NCBI RefSeq assembly: GCF_009914755.1
Contig: NC_060937.1
DNA: 64,000 bases
Reading direction: 5' to 3' (one strand)
Source of the DNA: the human T2T-CHM13v2.0 reference genome, Homo sapiens
The notes under the pieces were generated by a model. It was given only the letters and a program-made list of their open reading frames with translations. It was not told where the DNA came from and made no database searches. The translations under genes were made by a program, and so were the position numbers. Positions 13,301-29,765 of the stretch are shown piece by piece. Within the stretch, counting starts at the first letter, position 1. Each line of letters begins with the position of its first letter.

Positions 13301-16300
13301 TCACAAAGAATTTTCTCAGATTGCTTCTGCCTAGATTTTATATGAAGATATTTCCTTTTCTAAAATAGGCCACAAAGCACTCCAAATATCCACTTGCAGA
13401 TTCTACATAAAGAGTATTTCCAAACTGCTGAATCAAAAGAAAAGTTCAACTCTGTGAGATGAACGAACGCATCACAAAGCGTTTCTCAGAGTTCTTCTGT
13501 CTAGTTTTTATGTGAAGATATTTCCTTTTCCACCATAGGCCTGAAAGCGCTCCAAATGTCCACTTGCAAATTCTACAAAAAGAGAGTTTCAAAACTGCTT
13601 AAAAAAAGAATGTTCAAACTCCTTGAGATGAATGCACACATCACAAAGAAGTTTCTCAGATTGCTTCTGTCTAGATTTTATGTGAAGACATTTCCTTTTC
13701 TACTATAGGCCGCAAAGCACTCCAAATGTCCACTTGCAGATTCTACAAAAAGAATGTTTCCAAACTGCTCAATCAAAAGAAAGGTTCTACACTGTAAGAT
13801 GAATGAACACATCTCAAAGAAGTTTATCAGAATTCTTCTGTCTAGTTTTTATGTGAAGATATTCCCTTTTCCACCATAGTCTTCAAAGCACTCCAAATGT
13901 CCAGTTGTAGATTCTGCAAAAAGAGTTTCAAAACTGCTCAATCAAAAGAAAGGTTTAACTCTGTGAGATGAATGCACACATCACAAAGAAGATTTTCAGA
14001 TTCCTTCTGTCTGGATTTTATGTGAAGATATTTCCTATTCTACCAATGGAAATAAAGTGCTCCAAATGTGCACGTGCAGATTCTACAAAACGAGTGTTTC
14101 CAAACTGCTCAATCAAAAGAGAGGTACAACTCCGTGAGGTGAACACACACATCACAGAGAAGTTTGTCATAATTCTTCTGTGTAGTTTTAAACTGAAGAT
14201 ATTTCCTTTTCCACCATAGGCCTCAAAACACTCCAAATGTCCTATTGTAGAATCTACAAAAATAGAGTTTCAAAACTGCTCAATCAAACTAAAGGTTCAA
14301 CTCTCTGAAATGAACGCATTCATCACAAAGAAGTTTCTCAGAATTCTTCTGTCTAGTTTCTATGTGAAGATATTTGCTTTTACACCATAGGACTCAAAGC
14401 ACTCCAAATGTCCACTTGAAGATTCCACGAAAAGAGTGTTTCCAAAATACTGAATCAAATGAGACGTTCAACTCTGTGAGATGAACGCACACATCATAAA
14501 GAAGTTTCTCAGAATTCTTCTGTCTAGTTTTTATGTGAAGATACTTCCTTTTCTTCCATAGGAATCAAAGGGCTTCAAATGTCCCTTTGCAAATACTACA
14601 AATAGAGAGTTTCAAAACTGTGCAATCAACAGAAAGGTTTAATTCTGTAAGACTAATGTACACATCATGAAGAAGTTTCTCAGATTGCTTCTTTCTAGAT
14701 TTTATGTGAAGATATTTCCTTTTCTACCATAGGCTGCAAAGCGCTCCAATTGCAGATTCTACAAAAAAAGAGTTTCAACACAGTTCTATAAAAAGAAAGC
14801 TTTAAATCTATGAGATGAATGCATACATCACAATGAAGTTTCTCAGATTCCTTGTGTCTAGATTTTATGTGAAGATATTTCCTTTTCTGTGATAGGCCTC
14901 AAAGCACTCCAAATGTCCACTTTCATATTCTACAAAAAGAGGGTTTCCAAACTGCTCAATCTAAAGAAAGGTTCAACTCTGTGAGATGAACGCACACATC
15001 ACAAAGAAGTCTGTCAGAATTCTCCTGTCTAGTTTTTATTTGAAGATAGTACCTTTTCCAGCATAGGCCTCAAAGCGATCTAAATGTCCACTTGCAGATT
15101 CTACAAAAACAGAGTTTCAAAACTGCTCAATCAAAAGAAAGTTTCAACTCTGTGAGATGAACGCACACATCACAAAGTAGTTTCTCAGAATGTTTCTATC
15201 TAGTTTTTATGTGAAGATATTTCCTTTTCCACCATAGGTCTCAAAGCGCTCCAAATGTTCACCTGCAGATTCTACAAAAAGAGTGTTTCTAAAATGCTCA
15301 ATCCAAAGAAAGGTTCAAATATGTGAGATGAACGCACACATCACAAACAAGTTTCTCAGAATGCTTCTAGATAGTTTTTATATGAAGATATTTCCTTTTC
15401 TACCATAGGACACAAAGTGCTCTGAATGTCCACCTGAAGATTCTACAAAAACAGTGTTTCCAAACTGCTCAATCAAAAGAAAGTTTCAACTCTGTGAGAT
15501 GAAAGTACAAATCACAAAGAAGTTTCACAGAATTCTTCTATCTACCTTTTATGGGAAGATATTTCCTTTTCCACCATAGGCCTCAAAGCACTCAAAATGT
15601 CCACTTGCAGATTCTACGAAAAGAGAGTTTCAAAATTGCTCAATCAAAAGTAAGTTTTAACTCTGTGAGGTGAATGCACACATAACAAAGAAGTTTATCA
15701 GATTGCTTCTGTATAGATTTTATTTGAACATATTTCCTTTTCTACCCTAAAGCACTCCAAATGTCCACTTGCAGGTTCTACAAAAAGAGTCTTTCCAAAA
15801 TGCTCAATCAAAAGAAAGGTTCAACTCTGTGAGAGGAATACACGCATCACAAAGAAGTTTCTCAGAATTCTTCTGTCTAGTTTTTATGTGTAGATATTTC
15901 CTTTTGTACCATAGGACTCAAAGGGCTCCAGTGGTCCCCATGCAGATTCTGCAAAAAAAGAGTTTCAAACTTCTCAATAAAAAGAAAGGTTTAACTCTGA
16001 GAGATGAATGCACACATCGCAAAGAAGTTTCTCAGACTCTTTCTCTCTAGATTTTATGTGAAGATATTTCCTTTTCTGCCATAGGCCGCAAAGTGCTGCA
16101 AATGTTGTTTCAGATTTTACAAAAAGAATGTTTCCATACTGCTCAATCAAAAGAAAGGTTCAACTCTGTGAGATGAATGCACACAACACAAAGACATTTC
16201 TCAGAATTTTTCTGTCTAGTTTTTATGTGAAGATATTTCCTTTTGCACCATAGGCCTCAAAGCGCTCCAAATGTCCACTTGCAGATTCTACAAAAAGAGA

Positions 16301-19300
16301 GTTTCAAAACTGCTCAATCAAAAGCAAGTGTTAACTCTGTGAGATGAATGCACACATAAAAAAGAAGTTTCTCAGATTACTTCTGTCTAGATTTTATGTG
16401 AAGATATTTCATTTTCTACCATAGGCTGCAAAGCGCTCCAATATCCACTTGCAGATTCTTCAAAAAGAGATTTGCAAAACTGTTCAATCAAAAGAAAGTG
16501 TTAACTCTGTGAGATTAATGCACACATCACAAAAAAGTTTCTCAGATTGCTTCTGTCTAGATTTTATGTGAAGATATTTCCTTTTCTACCATAGGCTGCA
16601 AAGCACTCCAAATGCCCTCTTGCAGATTCTACAAAAAAAGTGTTTCCAAACTTCTTAATCAAAAGAAATGTTCAACTCTGTAAGATGAACGCACTCTTCA
16701 CAAAGAAGTTTCTCAGAATTCTTCTGTCTAGTTTTCATGTGAAAATACTTCCTTTTCCACCATAGGGCTCAAGGCGCTTGAAATGTCCACTTGCGGGTTC
16801 TACAAAAAGCATATTTCAAAACTCGTCTTTCAAAAGAAAGGTTCAACTCTAGGAGATGAAAAAACACATTGCAAAGAAGTTTTTCAGAATGTTCCTATCT
16901 AGTATTTATGTGAAGATATTTCCTTTTCCACCATAGGCATCAAAGTGCTCCAAATGTCCACTTGCAACTTCTACTAAAGGAGGGTTTCAAGACTACTCAA
17001 TCAAAAGAATGTTTTAACTCTGTGAGATGAATGCACACATCATAAAGAAGTATCTCAGATTGTTTCTTTCTAGATTTTATGTGAAAATATTTCCTTTTCT
17101 AACTTAGGCCGCAAAGTCCTCCAAATGTCCACTTGCAGATTCTACAAAAAGAGTGTTTCCAAACGGCTCAATCAAAAGAAACATTCACCTCTGTGAGATG
17201 AACACACACATCACAAAGATGTTTCTCAGAGTTCTTCTATCTAGTTTTTATGTGAAGATATTTCCTTTTCCACCATTGTCCTCAAAGCACTCCAAATGTC
17301 CACTTGCAGACTCTACAAAAAGAGAGTTTCAAAATTGCTCAATCAAATCAAAGGTTTAACTCTGTGAGATGAATGCTCACATCACAAAGAAGTTTCTCAG
17401 ATTGCTTCGGTCTAGATTTTATGTGAGAATATTTCCTTGTCTACCATAGTCCGCAGAGAGCACAAAAAGTCCTCTTGCAGATTCTACTAAAAGAGTCTTT
17501 CCAAACTGTTCAACCAAAGGAAAGGTTAAACTATGTGAGATGAATGCTCACATCACTAAGAAGTTTCTAAGATTGCTTCTGTCTAGATTTTATGTGAAGA
17601 TATTTCTTTTTCTACCAAAGGCGGCAAAGTGCACAAAATAGCCACTTGCAGATTCTGCAAAAAGAGTGTTTCAAAACTGCTCAATCAAAAGAAAGGTTCA
17701 GCTCCGTGAGAAGAACGCACACATCACAATGTAGATCCACAAAATTCTTCTGTCTGGTTTTTATATAAACATATTTTGTTTTCCACCATAGGCTTCAAAG
17801 CGTTCCAAATGTCCACTTGCAGACTCGACAAAAAGAGAGATTCAAAACTGCTCAATCAAATAAAGGTTTAATTTTGGGAGATGCATGCACACATCACAAA
17901 GAAGTTTCTCAGATTGCTTCTGTCTACAATTTAGGTGAAGATATTTCCTTTTTTACCAGAGGAAGCAAAGCGTTCCAAATGTCCACTTGCAGATTCTACA
18001 AAAAAGAGTGTTTCCAAACTGCTCAATCAAAAGAAAGGTTCAATTCTGTGAGATGAATGCACACATCACAATGAAGTTTCTCAGAATTCTTCTGTCTAGT
18101 TTTTATGTGAAGATATTTCCTTTTCCACCATAGACCTCAAACCGCTCCAAGTGTCCACTTGCACATTCTACAAAAAGAGAGTTTCAAAACTGCCCTATCA
18201 AAAAAGAGGTTTAACTCTGTGAGATGAATGCACATAGCACAAAGTAGTTTCTCAGATTGCTTCTGTCTAGATTTTAAGTGAAGATGTTTCCTTTTTTACC
18301 ATAGGCAGAAAAGCGTCCCAAATGTCCACTTGCAGATTGTACAAGAAGACTGCTCAATCAAAAGAAAGTTTCAACTCTGTGAGATGAACGCACACATCAT
18401 AAAGTAGTTTCTCAGAATGTTTCTATCTAGTTTTTATGTGAAGATATTTCCTTTTCCACCATAGGTCTCAAAGCGCTCCAAATGTTCACCTGCAGATTCT
18501 ACAAAAAGAGTGTTTCTAAAATGCTCAATCCAAAGAAAGGTTCAAATATGTGAGATGAACGCACACATCACAAACAAGTTTCTCAGAATGCTTCTAGATA
18601 GTTTTTATATGAAGATATTTCCTTTTCTACCATAGGACACAAAGTGCTCTGAATGTCCACCTGAAGATTCTACAAAAACAGTGTTTCCAAACTGCTCAAT
18701 CAAAAGAAAGATTCAACTCTGTAAGATGAACGCAGACGTCCTGAACAAGTTTCACAGAATTCTTCTGTCTAGTTTTTATGTGAAAATATTTCCTTTTCCA
18801 CCTTAGGCCTCAAATTGCTCCAAAAAAAAAAAAAAAAAACAGACATTAAAAAAAAAAAAAGATAGGTTCAACTCTGTGAGTTGAATGCACACATCACAAA
18901 GAAGTTTCTCAGATTGCTTCTGTCTAGATTTTATCTGAAGATATTTCCTTTTCCATTAGAGGCTGCAAAGTGCTCCAAATATCCACTTGCAGATTCAACA
19001 AAAAGAGTTTTTCCAAACAGCTCTATCAAAAGAAACGTTCAACTCTGTGAGATGAATGCACACATCACAAAGAAGTTTATCAGACTGCTTTTGTCTACAT
19101 TTTATGTGAAAATATTCCCTTTTCTAAAATGGGCCAAAAAGCCCTCCAAATGTCCACTTTCAGATTCCACAAAAAGAGTGTTTCAAAACTGCTCAATTAA
19201 ATGTAAGATTCAATTCTGTGAGATGAATGAACACGTCACAAAGAAGTTTCTCAGAAATCTTCTGTCTAGTTTTTATGTGAAGATACTTCCTTTTCCACCA

Positions 19301-22300
19301 TAAGCCTCAAGATGCTACAAATGTCCACTTGCAGATTCTACAAAAACCAGAGTTTCAAAACTTCTCAATCATAAGAAAGGTTCAACTCCATGAGATGAAT
19401 GCACACATCAGAAAGAAGTTTCTGATTCCTTCTGTCTAGATTTCGTGGGAAGATATTTTCTTTTCTAACATGGGCCGCAAAGCGATCAAAATGTCCACTT
19501 GCAGACTCTACTAAAAGAGTGTTTCCAAACTGCTCAATCAAAAGAAAGGTTCAACTCTGTGAGATTAAATCACACATCACAAAGAAGTTTCTCAGAATTC
19601 TTTTGTCTAGTTTTTATGTGAAGATATTTCATTTTCGACCATAGGCCTCAAGGTGCTCGAAATGCCCACTTGCAGATACTACAAAAAGAATATTTCAAAA
19701 CTGCTCAATCAAAAGAAAGGTTCAACTCTGTGAGATTAAATCACACATCACAAAGAAGCTTGTCAGAATTCTTCTATCTAGTTTTTATATGAAGATATTA
19801 CCTTTTCCACCTTCGGCCTCAAAGCGCTCCACTACCAAATTCTACAAAAAGAGAGTTTCAAAACTGCTCTATCAAAAGAAAGGTTTATCTCTGTGAGATG
19901 AATGCATACATCACAATGAAGTTTTTTCAGATTTCTTCTGTCTAGATTTTATGTGGAGATATTTCCTTTTCTACCATAGGCCACAAAGCAGTCCAAATAT
20001 CCACTTGCAGATTGTACAAAAAGAGTGATTCCAAACTGCTCAATCAAAATAAAGGTTCAACTCTGTGAGATAACTGCACGCATCACAAAGCAGTTTCTCA
20101 GAATTCTTCTGTATAGTTTTTATGTGAAGATATTTCATTTTCGACCATAGGCCTCAAGGCACTCGAAATGCCCACTTGCAGATTCTACAAAAACAATATT
20201 TCAAAACTGGTCCATCAAAAGTAAGGTTCTACTCTGTGAGATGTACACACACATCACAAAGAGGTGTTTCTGAATTTTTCTGTCCAGTTTTTATGTGAAG
20301 ATATTACCTTTTCTACCATAGGACTCAAGGTGCTCCACTTGCAGATTCTACAGAAAGAGAGTTTCAAAACAGCTCTATCAAAAGAAAGGTTTAATACTGT
20401 GAGATGAAAATATACATCATGGAGAAGTTTATCAGATTATTTCTGTTTAGATTTTGTGTGAAGATATTTCCTTTTTTACCAGAGTCCTCAAAGTGCTCCA
20501 AATATACACTTGCAGATTCTACAAAAAGAGTGTTTCTAAATAGCTCTATCAAAGGAAAGTTCAACTCTCTGAGATGAATGCACACATCACAAAGAATTTT
20601 CTCAGAATTCTCTGTCTAGTTTTTACGTTCCTTTTCCACCATTGGCCTCAAAGCGCTATAAATGTCCACTTGAAGATTCTGCAAAAACGGAGTTTGAAAA
20701 CTGCTCAATCAAAACAAAGTTTTAAATCTGTGAGATGAATGCACACATCACAAAGAAATTTCTCTGATTGCTTCTGTCTAGATGTTATGTGAAGATATTT
20801 GCTTTTCTACCATAGGCCACAAGGCACTCCCAATGTCCAATTGCAGTTTCTACAAAGAGTATTTACAAACTGCTCAATCAAAAGAAAGTTTCAACCCTGT
20901 TAGATGAATGCACACATCACAAAAAACTTTCTCAGAATTCTTCTGTCTACTTTTTATGTGAAGATATTTCCTTTTCTACCATAGGCCGCAAAACGCTCCA
21001 AATGTCCACTTGCAGATTCTACAAAAAGTGTTTCCAAACTGCTCAATCAAAAGAAAGTTTCAACTCTGTGAGATGAACGCACACATCACAAAGAAGTTTC
21101 TCAGGTTGCTTCTGTCTAGATTTTATGTGAAGATATTTCCTTTTCTTACATAGGCCAAAAAGCACTCCAAATGTCCACTTGCAGATCCTACAAAAAGAGA
21201 GTTTCAAAACTGCTCTATCAAAAGAAAGGTTTAAATCTGTGAGATGAATGCACACATCACAAAGAAGTTCCTCAGGTTGCTTCTGTCTAGTATTTATGTG
21301 AAGATATTTCCTTTTCTACCATGGGCTGCAAAGTAATCTAAATGTCTACTTGCACATTCCACAAAAAGTGAGTTTCAAATCTGCACTATCAAAAGAAAAA
21401 GTTTAACTCTGAGAGATGAATGCCCACATCACAAAGAAGTTTCTCAGATGGCTTCTGTCTAGATTTTATATAAAGATATTTCCTTTTCTACAATAAGCCA
21501 CAAAGCGCTCCAAATGTCCACTTGCAGATACTACAAAAAGAGTGTTTCCATACTGCTCAATCGAAAGAAAATTTCAACTCTGTAAGATGAACGCACACCT
21601 CACGAAGTAGTTTCTGAAATTTCTTCTGTATAGGTTTTATGTGAAGATATTTCGTTTTCCACCATAGGCCTCAAGGCATTTCAAATATACAGTTGCAGAT
21701 TCTACAATAAGGGAGTTTCAAAACTGCTCAATCATAAGTAAGGTTTAACTCTGTGAGATGAACACACACGTCACAAAGAAGTTTCTCAGATTGCTTCTGT
21801 CAATATTTTATGTGAAGATTTTTCCTTTTCTACCATAGGCCGCAAAGCTCTCCAAATGTCCACTAGCAGATTCTACAAAAAGAGTGTTTCCAAACTGCTC
21901 AATCAAAAGAAAGTTTCAACTCTGTGAGATGAATGCTCTACCTTACAAAGGAGTTTCTCAGAATTCTTCTGCCTGGTTTTTATGTGAAGATATTTCTTTT
22001 TCCACAATAGGCTTCTAAGTGCTCCAAATGTCCACTTTCATATTCTACAAAAAGAGAGTTTCAAAACTCCTCAATCAAAAGAAAGCTTTACCTCTTTGAG
22101 TTGAATGCTCACATCACAAAGAAGTTTCTCAGATTGCTTCTGTCTAGATTTTATTTGAAGATATTTCCTTTTCTGCCATAGGCCACAAAGTTCTCCAAAT
22201 GTCCACTTGCAGATTCTACAAAAAGAGTGTTTCCTTACTGCTCAATCTAAAGAAAGGTTCAGCATTGTGAAATGAACACACACATCACAAAGAAGTTTCT

Positions 22301-23685
22301 CCGAATTCTACTGTCTAGTTTTTATGTGAAGATATTTCCTTTTCCACCATTGGCCACAAAGCGCTCCTGATGTCCATTTGCGGATTCAACCAAAAGAGAT
22401 ATTCAAAACTGCTCAAACAAAAGAAAATTTTATCTCTGTGAGATGAATACACCCATCACAAAGAAGTTTCTCAGATTGCTTCTGTCTAGATTTTATGTGA
22501 AGATATTTCCCTTTCTACCATAGGCCGCATTGCGCTCCGTATGTCTACTTGCAGATCCTACAAAAAGAGGGTTTCCGAACTGCTCAATCTAAAGCATGGT
22601 TCAACTCTATGAGATGAACGCACACATCACAAAGAAGTTTCTCAGAATTCTTCTATCTAGTTCTTATGGGAAGATATTTCCTTTTCCACCATAGGCCACC
22701 TAGTGCTCCAAATGTCTACTTGCAGATTCTACAAAAAGAGAGTTTCAAAACTGCTCAATCAAAAAAAAATTTTAACTATGTGACATGAATGCACACATCA
22801 CAAAGTAGTTTCTCAGATTGCTTCTGTCTGGAATTTATGTGAACATATTACCTTTTCTACAATAGGCCGCAAAGCGCTCCAAATGTCCACTTGCAGATTC
22901 TACAAAAAGAGTGATTCCAAACTGCTCAATCAAAAGAAAGGTTCAAATCTGTGATATGAATGCAGATATCACAAAGAAGTTTCTCAGAATTCTTCTGTAT
23001 GGTTTTTATGTGAAGATATTACCTTTTCCACCATGGGCCTCAAAGCACTTCCAATGTACACTTGCAGATTCCACAAAAGGGAGTTTCTAAACTGCTGAAT
23101 CAAAAGGAAGTTTTAACTGTGTGAGATGAATGCACACATCACAAAGAAGTTTCTGAGACTTCTTCTGTCTAGGTTTCATGTGAAAATAGTTCCGTTTTTA
23201 CCATAGGCCACAGAGCGCTTCAAATGTGCACTTGAAGATTCTACATTAACAGTGTTTCCAAACTGCTCCATCAAAAGAGAGGTTCAACTCTGTGAAATGA
23301 ACGCACACATCACAAAGAAGTATGTCGGAATTCTTCAGTCTAGTTTTTATGTTGAAGATACTACCTTTTCCACCATAGGCCTCAAAGCACTCCAATGTAC
23401 ACTTGCAGATTCTACAAAAAGAGAGTTTCAAAACTGCTTTATCAAAAGAAAGGTTTAACTCTGTGATATGAATGCATATATTACAAAGAAGTTTCTCAGA
23501 TTTCTTCTGTCTAAATTTGATGTGAAGATATTTCCTTTTCTACCATTGGCTACAAAGTGATCCAAATGTCCACTTGCAGATTCTACAAAAAGAGTGTTTC
23601 CTAACTGCTCAATCAAAAGAAAGGTTGAACTCGGTGAGGTGAACGCACACATCCCAACAAAGTTTCTCAGAATTTTTCTGTCTAG
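13301..23685 (-). repeat. Alpha satellite, class 2 (dimeric XbaI/EcoRI type, reverse orientation)
   Basis: Monomers switch to CTGTCTAG and AAATGTCCAC from ~13321. GATTGCTTCTGTCTAGATTTT largely alternates with GAATTCTTCTGTCTAGTTTTT. Confidence 0.93.
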
Positions 23686-23963
23686 TTTTTTTTTTTTTAA
23701 GAGCAGTTTGGGTTTTATTTCTTTTTTTATGTTCATAGAAGTATTTATTTATTTATTTATTATACTTTAAGTTTTAGGGTACATGTGCACAATGTTCAGG
23801 TCAGTTACATATGTATACATGTGACATGCTGGTTCGCTGCACCCACTAACTCACCATCTAGCATTAGGTATATCTCCCAATGCTATCCCTCCCCCCTCTC
23901 CCCACCCCACAACAGTACCCAGAGTGTGATGTTCCCCTTCCTGTGTCCATGTGTTCTCATTGT

Positions 23964-27782
<3,819 letters not shown>

Positions 27783-27845
27783 CATGATGTTAGCTGGTTA
27801 TTTTGCTCGTTAGTTGATGCAGTTTTTTCCTAGTCTCGAAGGTCT

Positions 27846-28859
27846 TTACATTTTGGTATGATTTTGCAGCGGGCTGGTACCAATTGTTCCTCTTCATGTT
27901 TAGTGCTTCCTTCAGGAGCTCTTTTAGGGCAGGCCTGGTGGTGACAAAATCTCTCAGCATTTGCTTGTCTGTAAAGTATTTTATTTCTCCTTCACTTATG
28001 AAGTTAATTTGTCTGGATATGAAATTCTGGGTTGAAAATTCTTTTCTTTAAGAATGTTGAATATTGGTCCCCACTCTCTTCTGGCTTGTAGAGTTTCTGC
28101 AGAGGGATCTGCTGTTAGTCTAATGGGCTTTCCTTTGAGGGTAACCCGACCTTTCTCTTTCGCTGCCCTTAACATTTTTTCCTTCATTTCAACTTTGGTG
28201 AATCTGACAATTATGTGTCTTGGAGTTGCTCATCTCGAGGAGTATCTTTGTGGCATTCTCTGTTTTTCCTGAATCTGATTGTTGGCCTGCCTCGCTAGAT
28301 TGGGGAAGTTCTCCTGGATAATAACCTGCAGAGTGTTTTCCAACTTGGTTCTATTCTCCCCGTCACTTTCAGGTACAACAATCAGACGTAGATTTGGTCT
28401 TTTCTCATAGTCCCATATTTCCTGGAGGCTTTGCTCGTTTCTTTTTATTCTTTTTTCTCTAAACTTCCCATCTCGCTTCATTTCATTCACTTCATCTTCC
28501 ATTGCTGATACCCTTTCTTCCAGTTGATCGCATTGGCTCCTGAGGCTTCTGCATTCTTCATGTACTTCTCGAGCCTTGGCTTTCAGCTCCATCAGCTCCT
28601 TTAAGCACTTCTCTGTATGTGTTATTCTAGTTATACATCCCTCTAAATTTTTTTCAACGTTTTCAACTTCTTTGCCTTTGGTTTGAGTGTTCTGCAGCTC
28701 GGAGTAGTTTGATCATCTGAAGCCTTCTTCTCTCTGCTAGTCAAAGTCATTCTCCATCCAGCTTTGTTCCATTGCTGATGAGGAACTGCGTTCCTTTGGA
28801 GGAGGAGAGGCACTCTACTTTTTAGAGTTTCCAGTTTTTCTGCTCTGATTTTTCCCCAT
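27846..28859 (-). pseudogene. L1 ORF1p (RNA-binding chaperone), disrupted
   Basis: ATG at 28859 after ACCACAAAG; premature TAG at codon 41 (28737-28739); translated fragments MELKAKARE... and MKEKMLRAAKEKGRVTLKGKPIRL. Confidence 0.93.
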
Positions 28860-29765
28860 CTTTGTGGTTTTATCTACTTTTGGTCTTTGATGATGGTGAT
28901 GTACTGATGGGTTTTTGTTGTGGATGTCCTTTCTGTTTGTTAGTTTTCCTTCTAACAAACAGAACCCTCAGCTGCACGTCTGTTGGAGTACCTGGCCGTG
29001 TGAGGTGTCAGTCTGCCCCTGCTGGGTGGTGCCTCCCAGTTAGGCTGCTCTGGGTTCAGGGGTCAGGGCCTCACTTGAGGTGGCAGTCTGCCCATTCTCA
29101 GATCTCCAGCTGCATGCTGGGAGAACCACTGCTCTCTTGAAAGCTGTCAGACAGGGACATTTAAGTATGCAGAGGTTACTGCTGTCTTTTTGTTTGTCTG
29201 TGTCCTGTCCCCAGAGGCGGAGCCTACAGAGGCAGGCAGGCCTCCTTAAGTTGTGGTGGGCTCCACCCAGTTCCAGCTTCCTGGCTGCTTTGTTTACCTA
29301 AGCAAGCTTGGGCAATGGCGGTGCCCCTTCCCCAGCCTCGCTGTCTCCTTGTAGTTTGATCTCAGACAGCTGTGCTAGCAATCAGCAAGACTCTATGTGT
29401 GTAGGACCCTCTGAGCCAGGTGTGGGATATAATCTCCTCATGTGCAATTTTTTATGTCCGTGGGAAAAGCACAGTATACGGGTGGGAGTGACCCGATTTT
29501 CCAGGTGCTGTCTGTCAACCCTTTCTTTGACTAGGAAAGGGAACTCCCTGACCCCTAGTGCTTCCCGAGTGAGGCAATGCCTTGGCCTGCTTCGGCTCTT
29601 GCATGGTGTGTGCACCCACTGACCTGCTCCCACTGTCTGGCACTCACTAGTGAGACGAACCCGGTACCTCAGATGGAAATGCAGGAATCACCCATCTTCT
29701 GCGTCGCTCATGCCGGGAGCTGTGGACTGGAGCTATTCCTATTCGGTCATCTTGGTTCCTCTCCC
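28860..29765 (-). promoter_or_regulatory. L1 5'UTR internal promoter region; YY1 core mutated (CAAGATGACC)
   Basis: Reverse complement at ~29745-29765 reads GGGAGAGGAACCAAGATGACC instead of ...GATGGCC. Confidence 0.65.

Noticed and set aside
1-23685. CRISPR-like or other repeat-spacer array
   Set aside because: The whole 171-bp unit is homologous, with no unique spacers and no cas genes. The DNA is primate satellite.
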